Translations under genes and position numbers: made by a program
Notes under the pieces: model-generated
Told to the model about the DNA's origin: nothing
Seen by the model: the letters and a program-made list of their open reading frames with translations, nothing else
The model's database searches: none
Assembly: GCA_001819395.1 (NCBI GenBank)
Contig: MHMQ01000033.1
Coordinates: 1 to 45,635, forward strand
Reading direction: 5' to 3'
DNA length: 45,635 bases
Origin: Candidatus Niyogibacteria bacterium RIFCSPLOWO2_01_FULL_45_48
Lineage (GTDB): Bacteria; Patescibacteriota; Minisyncoccia; HO2-45-28
Shown here: positions 9,411 through 17,641 of the stretch, one piece after another
How the letters are laid out: every line of letters starts with the position of its first letter
Numbering within the stretch: the first letter of the stretch is position 1

Positions 9411-9429
9411 CCTGGGATCGAATCCCCGG
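9411..9429. repeat. hairpin repeat family P1, copy 4 (CCTGGGAT-CGA-ATCCCCGG, one stem mismatch)
   Basis: Direct reading. It shares the 5' flank AAT with copy 3. Confidence 0.8.
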
Positions 9430-9443
9430 AGAAATTGGTTTAT

Positions 9444-10220
9444 TCATGGAATTTCTACAAACTCGTCTAATATTTTCTCACACCCAGCGGGGAGTCGTTC
9501 TGGGGCAGACTGCACAATTCCCAGTCTTTTTAGTTCCATCGCCTGAAATATATTTATGCAGTTTATTTGTTTCACTCTTAACCGCGTGTTTCCGTTTGTG
9601 GGTTCAACACACACGCCACCAGATCCAGATTGATTTTTAAGCGCCTCTTGTCCCCTACCTGGGCACACGACGTTTTCAAAATTGTTTGCGGCATTTATTT
9701 GTTCTTGTCCGCCCGGAGAGCCGACGAATTTTTGAGCAGAACCCCCAAGTTCACCCAGTGGTTTCGGCGTTAGGTCGGCTGTGTTAGATGTTCCAAACAA
9801 CACCTCTCCCCAACTCGGGCACACTCCGCCGGGGCATTGCAACGTAAATCCCTTCGGCGCTTTTAGGGTGGTGAACGCCGGGTTTATGGTATTTAAAATG
9901 AGCCACGAGCCGAGGGCTATGGCCAAGCCCAAGACGGAGGCCGAAATCCTGTTTTTGGCGGCTTCAACCTGCGGAGGAGAAATGGCGCCGGCCATCCATT
10001 GGAAACCGGCGAATATAATGGAAAGAGTGGCGATTAAAGCGGCGCCCGCGATCATTACCGGAAAAAGCCAGCCAAGAAAATTAAGAAAACCGCCCGTGGC
10101 CCACTCGGGAACAGGGACCGGAGAGCTTCCTGTTATGTTTGCTTCAACCGCGGCAAAAACAGAAATAGGGCTTGCGAAAACGGCCGACGTTATTAAAAAA
10201 TAGAACATTTTAGAAAACAT
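9444..10220 (-). CDS. T4SS pilin-like (TrbC/VirB2-like) secreted membrane protein with Cys-containing C-terminal extension
   Basis: 258 aa. A signal peptide is followed by two hydrophobic helices separated by a short loop (..FAGFQWMAGAISPP..LGLAIALGSWLILNTINP). It is the last gene of the VirB4/VirB6 operon. Confidence 0.45.
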   Translation of the reverse strand: MFSKMFYFLITSAVFASPISVFAAVEANITGSSPVPVPEWATGGFLNFLGWLFPVMIAGAALIATLSIIFAGFQWMAGAISPPQVEAAKNRISASVLGLAIALGSWLILNTINPAFTTLKAPKGFTLQCPGGVCPSWGEVLFGTSNTADLTPKPLGELGGSAQKFVGSPGGQEQINAANNFENVVCPGRGQEALKNQSGSGGVCVEPTNGNTRLRVKQINCINIFQAMELKRLGIVQSAPERLPAGCEKILDEFVEIP

Positions 10221-11205
10221 TTATTGAAAAACTTTGTCTAGCGTCTTGTAATATGTTGGACAAATTTTTTACCAGAATATTTATTGACGCAAACCCTCCG
10301 GCGTCAGCCGTTGTTTTTAAACGAAGAATGTTTTTTGGTTCGTCCCCAAAAGCCTCTTGTCCGTTGACGATCCAGACGTAGTCTAAATTTACGCTTCCGT
10401 TTGAGAAAGAAAAGAAAAACGGATGGGCCACAAACGATTTTTCTTCCCCGGCAAAAATGGCGCCGCTTCTTTGTCCGCCAAAAGCCAGATTATTTTTCGT
10501 TCCCAAAAGAGCGTCGTGTTCGTAAATTAAAACTGACGGGCTTACCACATCTATGTTCACCGATTTTTTGGCGGTAATGTCGCCCGCGATGTTTGAAACT
10601 TCGAGGCTCACGGTGTGGGCAACGCCCGAAGAAAATCCGGCCGTGAACCGGAACGTGTTTTTTCCGGTTCCCGATTGCTGTTGTTTGAAATCATCGTCCA
10701 AGAACCAGCGAAAGATCAGGCCGGAGGAAGGAATTTTTCTTCCTCCAGAAACAATCTCCGGAAACGCGCTTACGGTTACCGCGGATTTCGGAGAAGCCAG
10801 CGCCTTGCCTTTGTACCAATAAGGGATTGATGTATCCGCATGCCACGGCATATAGATATCGGTTACGACGAACGAGAGTTCGGTGTCGTAACGAAGACCG
10901 TTCGTGTCGGTTGCCAAGACTACGAGCTTTTCTCTTGAGCCGAGAGAGCCGGCGGTGAAGGAGTATTCTTTGACACCCCCTCCCTGGGCGACGGTCCGGC
11001 CGTTATGGGTCCAGGTTATCTGCGCGCCGTTAAGATCGAACGAAGTCGTTGTCAGGCGCGCGGTTACGTACTGGCCCGGGGCCGGAGTGTCGGATGGCGC
11101 AAGTATGATGAAAAAATTCTGGGCCTGAAAATCAAATTGCGCCGAAGCCGGCAAAGCCAGAAAAACCAGAAGAAGTATTGTTGTTGATAAAAATTTGTTT
11201 GTCAT
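10210..11205 (-). CDS. secreted hypothetical protein (T4SS-like operon)
   Basis: 331 aa with an N-terminal signal peptide and a beta-rich composition. It overlaps the next gene by 11 nt. Confidence 0.6.
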   Translation of the reverse strand: MTNKFLSTTILLLVFLALPASAQFDFQAQNFFIILAPSDTPAPGQYVTARLTTTSFDLNGAQITWTHNGRTVAQGGGVKEYSFTAGSLGSREKLVVLATDTNGLRYDTELSFVVTDIYMPWHADTSIPYWYKGKALASPKSAVTVSAFPEIVSGGRKIPSSGLIFRWFLDDDFKQQQSGTGKNTFRFTAGFSSGVAHTVSLEVSNIAGDITAKKSVNIDVVSPSVLIYEHDALLGTKNNLAFGGQRSGAIFAGEEKSFVAHPFFFSFSNGSVNLDYVWIVNGQEAFGDEPKNILRLKTTADAGGFASINILVKNLSNILQDARQSFSINVF

Positions 11206-11208
11206 AAT

Positions 11209-11610
11209 TTATCCTCCGAAAAATGTTCTGAACTGCGGGCTGTTGTTATAAAGAATTATGGTCATGACCATCGCGGTGTACGTTGGAAGCAAATCGCCCA
11301 AAGGAATCATTTCAACCGCGCCTGACCACATAAGCATCTGGGGCCTGTCCAGTCCTTTGCTCATGACCCAGGCATAAATCGAAAACCACACTATACCGTC
11401 TATTATATCACCTACTATCGGAATCGAGCCGATAACTAAGTAGTCGGTAAGGTCGTTGAATCCGGCGATAGCCAGCATAAGCCCTCCATCGAGCATTTCT
11501 ACTTTCGGGCCTACCGGAGCTTTGGGGCCGGCATCGGACGGTCCGTCGTTTTTGCGCGATTCGGCAAGACTCATCGCCTGTTCGTTTTCAATTTGGTTTT
11601 GCTCCGCCAC
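11209..11610 (-). CDS. small integral membrane protein (T4SS-like operon)
   Basis: 133 aa, GTG start, with hydrophobic segments after a polar N-terminus. It lies 2 nt downstream of the VirB4-like stop. Confidence 0.55.
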   Translation of the reverse strand: MAEQNQIENEQAMSLAESRKNDGPSDAGPKAPVGPKVEMLDGGLMLAIAGFNDLTDYLVIGSIPIVGDIIDGIVWFSIYAWVMSKGLDRPQMLMWSGAVEMIPLGDLLPTYTAMVMTIILYNNSPQFRTFFGG

Positions 11611-11612
11611 TT

Positions 11613-13433
11613 TTATTTGTTATCGGGGCTAATTTCCTGTTTGGCCCTTTTAATCGCCAAAAGCTGGTGGGGGTCCGAGGTTATGACCTGGTCTTCGGTG
11701 TAAGACGATATTATTTTTATCGCCACATGTTTCAATCCCGCGAAAAACAACCCTTCGCCGACGCCTGATTCCAGTATCAAAAATTTTTCTTCGTCGGTCA
11801 GGGTGAATGTTTTTTGCACAAGGTCAATGGTCGCAGGTGATTGTTTTAGAAGAATCTGGATAGACGAGTTGGTGATGATGGGCACGCCGTAAGGAGAGCG
11901 TAGAAAGTCTCCGACGTCCTGCGTTATGGTTGCCACTCCCAAAAAATATTTCCTCGCTCGTTTGGCTATTCCGAATAAAAACGAGGCCCCTTGTTCTTCT
12001 TTCATGATCCACCACGCCTCGTCAATAACGAGAATTCTTTTTTTAATCGTTTTACGAACGGCGTTCCAGATATAGTGGACAATAAGATACATCGCGACCG
12101 GCCTTAGTTCGTCTTCCATATCCCGCACCGAGAAAGCCACCAGTTTTTTATTTATGTCCACGTTGGTCGGCTGGTTTATGAATCCGGCCCAGGTGCCCTG
12201 GGTGTATTTGCGCATTTTTTGGGCCAGCCCTTCCCCGCCTTCCATGTTCACGAGCACCAGTTCTAAGTCCGAAAGTATCGGCGGTATTTTGGAGGAAAAG
12301 TCGGAATCGGGCGTTATGTCCCTGGAGGCGTAAGTTTCGGTGATCGCCTTATCAAGCACCGAGTCTTCTTCGGGGGTGAGTCCGCCGAGCATTATTCTGA
12401 AAAGACCCACGAGATTTATTATGTTTGATCTCAATACGTCGGCCGGATCCTCGTCTTCGCGGGGTTTGGGTAGGTCAAACGGATTTATGTGATGCTGTGA
12501 CGAAAGGGAAATGTTGAAATATCTGCCGTCAACCGCTTCGGCCAAATATTCATACTCGCGTTCGGGATCGATTATTATTACGTCGGTATCAAACATAAGC
12601 GAGCGCAGTATCTCGAGTTTCGCCGCGTAGCTTTTTCCTGAACCGGATTTGGCAAAAATAACCGAGTTGTAATTTTCGAGGCTGAATCTGTCGAAAAGTA
12701 CTAAGCTGTTGTTGTGCCGGTTGACGCCGTAGAGGATTCCTTTGTTGGATGTCAGGTCGAACGAAACGAACGGAAAAAGGCTGGAAATCGGCGACGAATT
12801 AAGTTTGGAATTTATGCCTATCTTGTCGTATCCGAGCGGAAACACCGTCAGCAGTCCCTCGCCTTGCTGGAAAAGCGCGGGCTTGGCGTAAATCAGTTTG
12901 GATTCGAGCATCGATCTTATTTCCGATTCCTCGCGATCAAGCTCCTCGATTGTGTCGGCGTACAGGGTTATGTATAGGCCGAACGAGAAAAGTTTTTCTG
13001 TGGCCTGCTGTAGTCTGTCGCGGAGATCCTCAAGGTTTTGATGCGCGGCGTCCAGCATCGGGTCTCTCACCAGCCCCTTTTCTTCGCGCATGTGGATTTG
13101 CGACTGGACCTCGGCCACCTTTTTTTGCAGCTGTCTCAAAACCGTCGCGGTATCTATCGGGTGCACGTAAAGCGATATGTCGAAAACTTTGTCCATGTTT
13201 ATTATCGGACTAAACCAATTCATGGCGAGGTATCGCGGATACGAAAAAACAAAAAGGGTGCGGGCGATTTTTTCTCCGATTTTTATGAAGTTGGAGTTTA
13301 TTTCGAGCGCGGAGGGCGCAACGACGTCTTTTAACTCCAAAACCGCGGCCTCGTATATTTGCGAAGGCTCTATGGCGATTATTTCGTCATTTGCGCGCTC
13401 TTCTTTTTTTCCGAATAAATCTTTTAGAGCCAT
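11613..13433 (-). CDS. VirB4/TrbE/PrgJ-type T4SS ATPase
   Basis: Walker A FAKSGSGKSYAAK and Walker B RILVIDEAWW. The start is placed at ATG 13433 (MALKDLFG..), 2 nt after the upstream stop, giving 606 aa. The ORF-track start at 13586 would overlap the upstream gene by 151 nt. Confidence 0.85.
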   Translation of the reverse strand: MALKDLFGKKEERANDEIIAIEPSQIYEAAVLELKDVVAPSALEINSNFIKIGEKIARTLFVFSYPRYLAMNWFSPIINMDKVFDISLYVHPIDTATVLRQLQKKVAEVQSQIHMREEKGLVRDPMLDAAHQNLEDLRDRLQQATEKLFSFGLYITLYADTIEELDREESEIRSMLESKLIYAKPALFQQGEGLLTVFPLGYDKIGINSKLNSSPISSLFPFVSFDLTSNKGILYGVNRHNNSLVLFDRFSLENYNSVIFAKSGSGKSYAAKLEILRSLMFDTDVIIIDPEREYEYLAEAVDGRYFNISLSSQHHINPFDLPKPREDEDPADVLRSNIINLVGLFRIMLGGLTPEEDSVLDKAITETYASRDITPDSDFSSKIPPILSDLELVLVNMEGGEGLAQKMRKYTQGTWAGFINQPTNVDINKKLVAFSVRDMEDELRPVAMYLIVHYIWNAVRKTIKKRILVIDEAWWIMKEEQGASFLFGIAKRARKYFLGVATITQDVGDFLRSPYGVPIITNSSIQILLKQSPATIDLVQKTFTLTDEEKFLILESGVGEGLFFAGLKHVAIKIISSYTEDQVITSDPHQLLAIKRAKQEISPDNK

Positions 13434-13435
13434 AT

Positions 13436-14092
13436 TTAAATTCCGACTTGAGGCGCCCGGCCTCTTTCCAGCTCGCCCGGATTGAATAACCCGTAAAAAA
13501 GTTCGACCAGCTCTTCGGTGTTTAGCGGGACAGTCCTTACTCCGGTTGAAGCGATGGCACCCGAGACCGTCTCGGCTCTTTGCCAAAGCTGGGCACGGTA
13601 TTCTTCGAATTTTTCGTCGGCGACCTGTTTGGGGATTCTTTTTTCCCCGCCCATGAATTTTTTAAAAATCCCGCCAAGGCCTTCTTTTTTGCCTATTCCG
13701 AGAAGCGGCGGGACGAACGTAACCACAATGTAAAAACTTTTGGTTACGATTTTTGTATTTGACACGAAGGTGCGCACGAACTCCACGTATTCGCGCGTCT
13801 GTATTTTTAAGAGGTCGTTCGTCTGGTTCCTTTCCGCCTCACGGAGCGTTTCGAGATATGGTTCGATGTTAAGGCGTCTTGACTGGATCATTATTTGAAC
13901 CGAAAAGTCCAGTGAGTTTAAAAAATTCTGATATTGGGCGGTGATGGCCTCCTGTTCCTCTCCCGAGCGGAGGGCGAAATTGAGAGACGAGGCCATCAGG
14001 ATCATATGCAAATTGCCGTCGTCGGTTATCAGTATCCCGTCGCGGATTTCTTTTATTGGAACGAATTCCTGTGATGATAATGCTTTGGCCAT
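13436..14092 (-). CDS. VirB4 N-terminal-domain-like accessory protein (tentative)
   Basis: 218 aa. The pattern QEFVPIKEIRDGILITDDGNLHMILMASSLNFALRSGEEQEAI..FLNSLDFSVQI resembles N-terminal domains of Gram-positive-type VirB4 proteins. Assigned by recall only. Confidence 0.4.
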   Translation of the reverse strand: MAKALSSQEFVPIKEIRDGILITDDGNLHMILMASSLNFALRSGEEQEAITAQYQNFLNSLDFSVQIMIQSRRLNIEPYLETLREAERNQTNDLLKIQTREYVEFVRTFVSNTKIVTKSFYIVVTFVPPLLGIGKKEGLGGIFKKFMGGEKRIPKQVADEKFEEYRAQLWQRAETVSGAIASTGVRTVPLNTEELVELFYGLFNPGELERGRAPQVGI

Positions 14093-14097
14093 GCGTT

Positions 14098-14502
14098 TTA
14101 TTTAACCTTTTCCTTTACGTCCAGACTCCAGGCCAGATCTTTTAATTTACTTCCGGCGATTTTCGGAAGTACCAGTTTTTGTTCAATGGCCGGCGCCTTT
14201 TGAGCGTCCTCCTTTTTAACCTCCCGCCTTTTCCAGATGTAGAGTTTGGATTTGGTGTAGTGGGAGATGGCGCTGGACGCGATATTTATAAAAGGCTGGC
14301 CGTTTATTTTGTAAAAAGCGAGAGCCAGCGCTAGCGCCAAAATAGGCACCCCTAGGATAAAAAGGCCGATCATTCCTCCCAGAACGTAAATTATAAACGC
14401 CGCCGCCCCCCCTCCCAGAAGATAAATAAACTGCTTGAGCGTAAGCGGTCCAAAAATTTTGTCTTCAACTTCTATGAATTGCGGAACTGAAAATTGTCTC
14501 AT
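14098..14502 (-). CDS. PrgI/VirB3-like small membrane protein
   Basis: 134 aa. The N-terminus (VPQFIEVEDKIFGPLTLKQFIYLLGG) followed by two TM helices matches the PrgI-family pattern. It sits upstream of the VirB4-like genes. Confidence 0.55.
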   Translation of the reverse strand: MRQFSVPQFIEVEDKIFGPLTLKQFIYLLGGGAAAFIIYVLGGMIGLFILGVPILALALALAFYKINGQPFINIASSAISHYTKSKLYIWKRREVKKEDAQKAPAIEQKLVLPKIAGSKLKDLAWSLDVKEKVK

Positions 14503-14981
14503 GTTTTAGGTTCCCTATACGGGTCGGCCTTATCCGGATAACGGTTTTCTTTTTGCGCCCGCTCGACCTCTGTTTTTAACGGAGGGATGAAAACTTTTTC
14601 TTCAAGTTTTTGTTCGAACGGAGATTTTATCGCGGGCGGTTGTGTTGGTTGCGATGCAGTCCCCGTTTCTTTTATATCGTGGATACTCTTAAGGGACTCC
14701 CTTAAGGGCGCGAAAATCTGTTCGTTTACGTCGCCTGCGATATTTTTTGCGGTGTCGGCGCCGACTTCCAGCCTTTTTGAAAGACGTGAAACGTAATCGC
14801 GCGGGTGAGTAATTCCGGCGATGACGTTCATTGTTTCATCGTTAAGGTCCCCGATCCCGTCAATTGCCAGGCTGTATTTTTTTCCGATGGCCATTATCTT
14901 ATTCGCGACGTCTTCAGAAAAAATCGCGTCCTGAAGGTTCTGGGGCAGGTTTTTAAGTTTTTGTTGTAATTCTTCTTCCAT
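14499..14981 (-). CDS. hypothetical protein (T4SS-like operon)
   Basis: 160-aa soluble acidic ORF with a 4-nt overlap to the next gene. No family recognised. Confidence 0.55.
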   Translation of the reverse strand: MEEELQQKLKNLPQNLQDAIFSEDVANKIMAIGKKYSLAIDGIGDLNDETMNVIAGITHPRDYVSRLSKRLEVGADTAKNIAGDVNEQIFAPLRESLKSIHDIKETGTASQPTQPPAIKSPFEQKLEEKVFIPPLKTEVERAQKENRYPDKADPYREPKT

Positions 14982-15003
14982 GTTGGTTTTATCTCAAACT
15001 AGT

Positions 15004-17640
15004 TTACGGATTTTGTGGCCGGATAGGGGTGCCCGGGGGCTGAAATCCTGCTCCGCGCCCTCCTTGGTGCTGGCCTCCTGTCGGTGGTTGTTGCGGTGGA
15101 GGTTGTTGCGGTGGAGGTTGTTGCGGGGGTTGCGGCCGCGGCGGAAGTCCGAGGCGCCTTACGCCGTTAAGTCTGACCCAGTTTGAATAAGAAGTCGGAG
15201 GAACCTGTGTTTCCAGGGCGTCGGCTATGGCGTCTACGTTGTTGCCAAGTCCCGAAAGGGCTTGTTTAAGCGACCTTTCCATATCTCCGCCGGCTTTGAT
15301 TATATCTTGTATTTGCGCCGAAGTGATTCTGGCGAACGCTTGATTTATTGCCGCCGCCCCGTCGTTCTGGGAGACTTTTGTAAAGTCAATTTTGTTTGCG
15401 ACATCCGTTATTTGTTTGCCGACGGCGTTTGCGCTCATTGGAATCACGGTTAATGCGTCGCTTATGGCGCGGTCAATGGCTTGCTGGTTAACGTTGGGAA
15501 GAGCGCGGATTCGGCTCAACCCTGCCAAAAAGTCGCTGGCTCCGGCGCCTCCTCTGCCTTCGTACGCTTTGGCCGCCTTTTGGACATCTTCTTTCTTCAT
15601 CAAGTTGAATGAGCTGACCCTGAGCTGGTCGGGCAGAGAATCGATGGCGTTTGCCAGATCGTTTCCGGAAAGTTTCAGCGCGGCCTTGTTGAACTCGTCC
15701 GCGAATTTTTCCTGTTTTTCTATCGGGGATTGCGTCAGCGTGTTGCCTATCGTTGTTCTTATGTTGTTGGCCGTGGGACCGGTGTCGTTGTAAAGGGCAA
15801 CCAATTCGCGCTGTGACAGCTTGTCTTGTATGAATGAATTCTGCATTTGCTGGGGCAGGCCGTTAAAGAAGTTTGCTCTTTCGTTTTCCGGAGTCCGTTT
15901 GAACTGTTCCAGCCTTACGCCCTCTACCTTGCTTCTCGCGAGGCGCGTAAGTCCAGATTCAATAGAGTTTTTGTTTTCCGGGGAGACATTGGCTGACGTA
16001 AGCATCTGGGCTATTTCTGCCTCGGACATGCTGTTTAATAGGTTGCCTCTGGCCACCGTCGTAAGGCCGGCGGCGTAGGTCGCCTGGTCAACCGGCGAAA
16101 GGAGCTTCGCTGATTCAAGTTGTCCCTTTCTTATTTCGTCAAGCCCGCCGAGTTTCTTTCCTCTTTCGAGCGCGCGGATCGCCGCTCCTCCCATCATCCC
16201 GCCGACAAGAGGTATATTTGAAAGACTCCTGACAATCTTTCCGCGGTTTTCTTCGGTTGAGAGGCCCTCAGATGTTCTGGCAACAGCTCTTCCGGTGTAG
16301 CGTTTAACCCGGTCCCAAGCATATCCTCTCGCGGCCTTTGCTCCTATATCAGCCCATTGGGCCGCAACTCCGCCAATTTTTTTTGCCAGAAGCACGCTTG
16401 TGAGAAGCATTATTATTAAAAGTGTGTAGTAGCCGATCAAAGGGAAGTTGGTTATGAAGGCCGATCCGAGAAGGTTTGACGCAGCGCCTGCGTCCGCCTG
16501 AAACAAGTTTTTGGCTTGTCCGTATCTTATCATTGAAACCGTTACTCCGAAAAGAAAGAAAAACGCGGGAGCGAAAAACGCTTGTTTGAAAAGCTCGCTC
16601 CACCATTGTTTGGCGTGCGAATCAAGTCCCGGAACGACCCAGAACAAAAACGCGATGGGTGAAAGAATCATCAAAAACCATAAAATCACGACGCGTATTA
16701 AGAGGGCCAGACCCGCGAACGCCAGAGCGAACATGGCCACAAGTATGAACACGATTGTTCCGAGCATTGCTATTATGACCTGGCTCAATGTCGTGGCGAG
16801 CTCTTTGTTTTTCCGGTCGTTGGCCGCGCTGACAAGCTCTTTTTGTGCCCGATTCGTTTCCTCGCTTTCGACCAAAAATTCGTCTTCTTCCGTCCCAATC
16901 CCGTATTTGTCCAGGACATTTTTATATTGTTGGTCAACCGTTTCTATATTTTTATAGTCAGGCGAAAAACCGGAAAACATCACATTTGGATTTGCTCCGG
17001 CAAGAAACATGACCGACAGTTTTTCCCCTCCGGGATAGAAAAATTTGACCATAGAATTTGCCGAATAAACGACATACTGCGTTATCAAAAACGAAAAGTT
17101 TATTAAAATTGCCGCGGTTATCAGTTTTGGAAGAAGTTTTTTTGCGCCGTACGTTTCAATCTGTAAAATCGTGGCTATGGCGATTGTGAGAAGAATAAAT
17201 ATGAAAAACAGATTTGCCGTGTCGCGGACCATTTCCCATCCCTGGTATATAGCTCCCACGTTGTAGGTTGTTGGGTCCAGGGTCAGACCGGCCACTTGGT
17301 CGAAAAGCATTCCAAAAACCATGAACATTGCAGACACGAAAGCAAGGATATAAAAAATCGGCCATGCGACTAGTTTTCCTATACAAAGTCCGGTTATTGG
17401 TTCTTTGGCTATGTCGCATGTTGCTCCACTCAGAACACTCGAAAGGTCTATTTTTGCGGGAGAAGACGCGTTTGCGGCCGGCGTTGTGTTTGAGTTTGTC
17501 GCCTCTTCAATCAGCGCGGCTTCTTCCTCGGGGGGCAGGCCCTCCACGTCTTGGGCGAATGTTTTGAGCACCGATACCGCTGTCAGAGCGGCCAAAACCA
17601 GAACCAATATTATTATTTTTTTGTAATTTAACACAGTCAT
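15004..17640 (-). CDS. VirB6/TrbL-like polytopic membrane protein with long C-terminal domain and Pro/Gln-rich tail
   Basis: 878 aa with a signal/TM segment and then at least 6 hydrophobic helices in the first ~450 aa. The tail is PPRPQPPQQPPPQQPPPQQPP. Operon context supports the call. Confidence 0.5.
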   Translation of the reverse strand: MTVLNYKKIIILVLVLAALTAVSVLKTFAQDVEGLPPEEEAALIEEATNSNTTPAANASSPAKIDLSSVLSGATCDIAKEPITGLCIGKLVAWPIFYILAFVSAMFMVFGMLFDQVAGLTLDPTTYNVGAIYQGWEMVRDTANLFFIFILLTIAIATILQIETYGAKKLLPKLITAAILINFSFLITQYVVYSANSMVKFFYPGGEKLSVMFLAGANPNVMFSGFSPDYKNIETVDQQYKNVLDKYGIGTEEDEFLVESEETNRAQKELVSAANDRKNKELATTLSQVIIAMLGTIVFILVAMFALAFAGLALLIRVVILWFLMILSPIAFLFWVVPGLDSHAKQWWSELFKQAFFAPAFFFLFGVTVSMIRYGQAKNLFQADAGAASNLLGSAFITNFPLIGYYTLLIIMLLTSVLLAKKIGGVAAQWADIGAKAARGYAWDRVKRYTGRAVARTSEGLSTEENRGKIVRSLSNIPLVGGMMGGAAIRALERGKKLGGLDEIRKGQLESAKLLSPVDQATYAAGLTTVARGNLLNSMSEAEIAQMLTSANVSPENKNSIESGLTRLARSKVEGVRLEQFKRTPENERANFFNGLPQQMQNSFIQDKLSQRELVALYNDTGPTANNIRTTIGNTLTQSPIEKQEKFADEFNKAALKLSGNDLANAIDSLPDQLRVSSFNLMKKEDVQKAAKAYEGRGGAGASDFLAGLSRIRALPNVNQQAIDRAISDALTVIPMSANAVGKQITDVANKIDFTKVSQNDGAAAINQAFARITSAQIQDIIKAGGDMERSLKQALSGLGNNVDAIADALETQVPPTSYSNWVRLNGVRRLGLPPRPQPPQQPPPQQPPPQQPPTGGQHQGGRGAGFQPPGTPIRPQNP

Positions 17641-17641
17641 T

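Noticed and set aside
13434-13586. N-terminal 51-codon extension of the VirB4 ORF
   Set aside because: It overlaps the 3' end of the upstream gene and has a basic, low-complexity translation. An ATG sits 2 nt after the upstream stop. It is kept only as a note on a possible frameshift or split gene.
14994-15006. TCAAACTAGTTTA, resembling a degenerate P2 hairpin, between two T4SS-operon genes
   Set aside because: The stem is only 5 bp and there is no 3-nt loop. It is too weak to count as a family member without a genome-wide model.
15141-15151. 11-nt match (GCGGAAGTCCG) between the VirB6-like C-terminal coding region and the arm of the 39071 hairpin
   Set aside because: Only one arm is present, so no hairpin forms. 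A single 11-mer coincidence in a GC-rich repeat region is plausible by chance.
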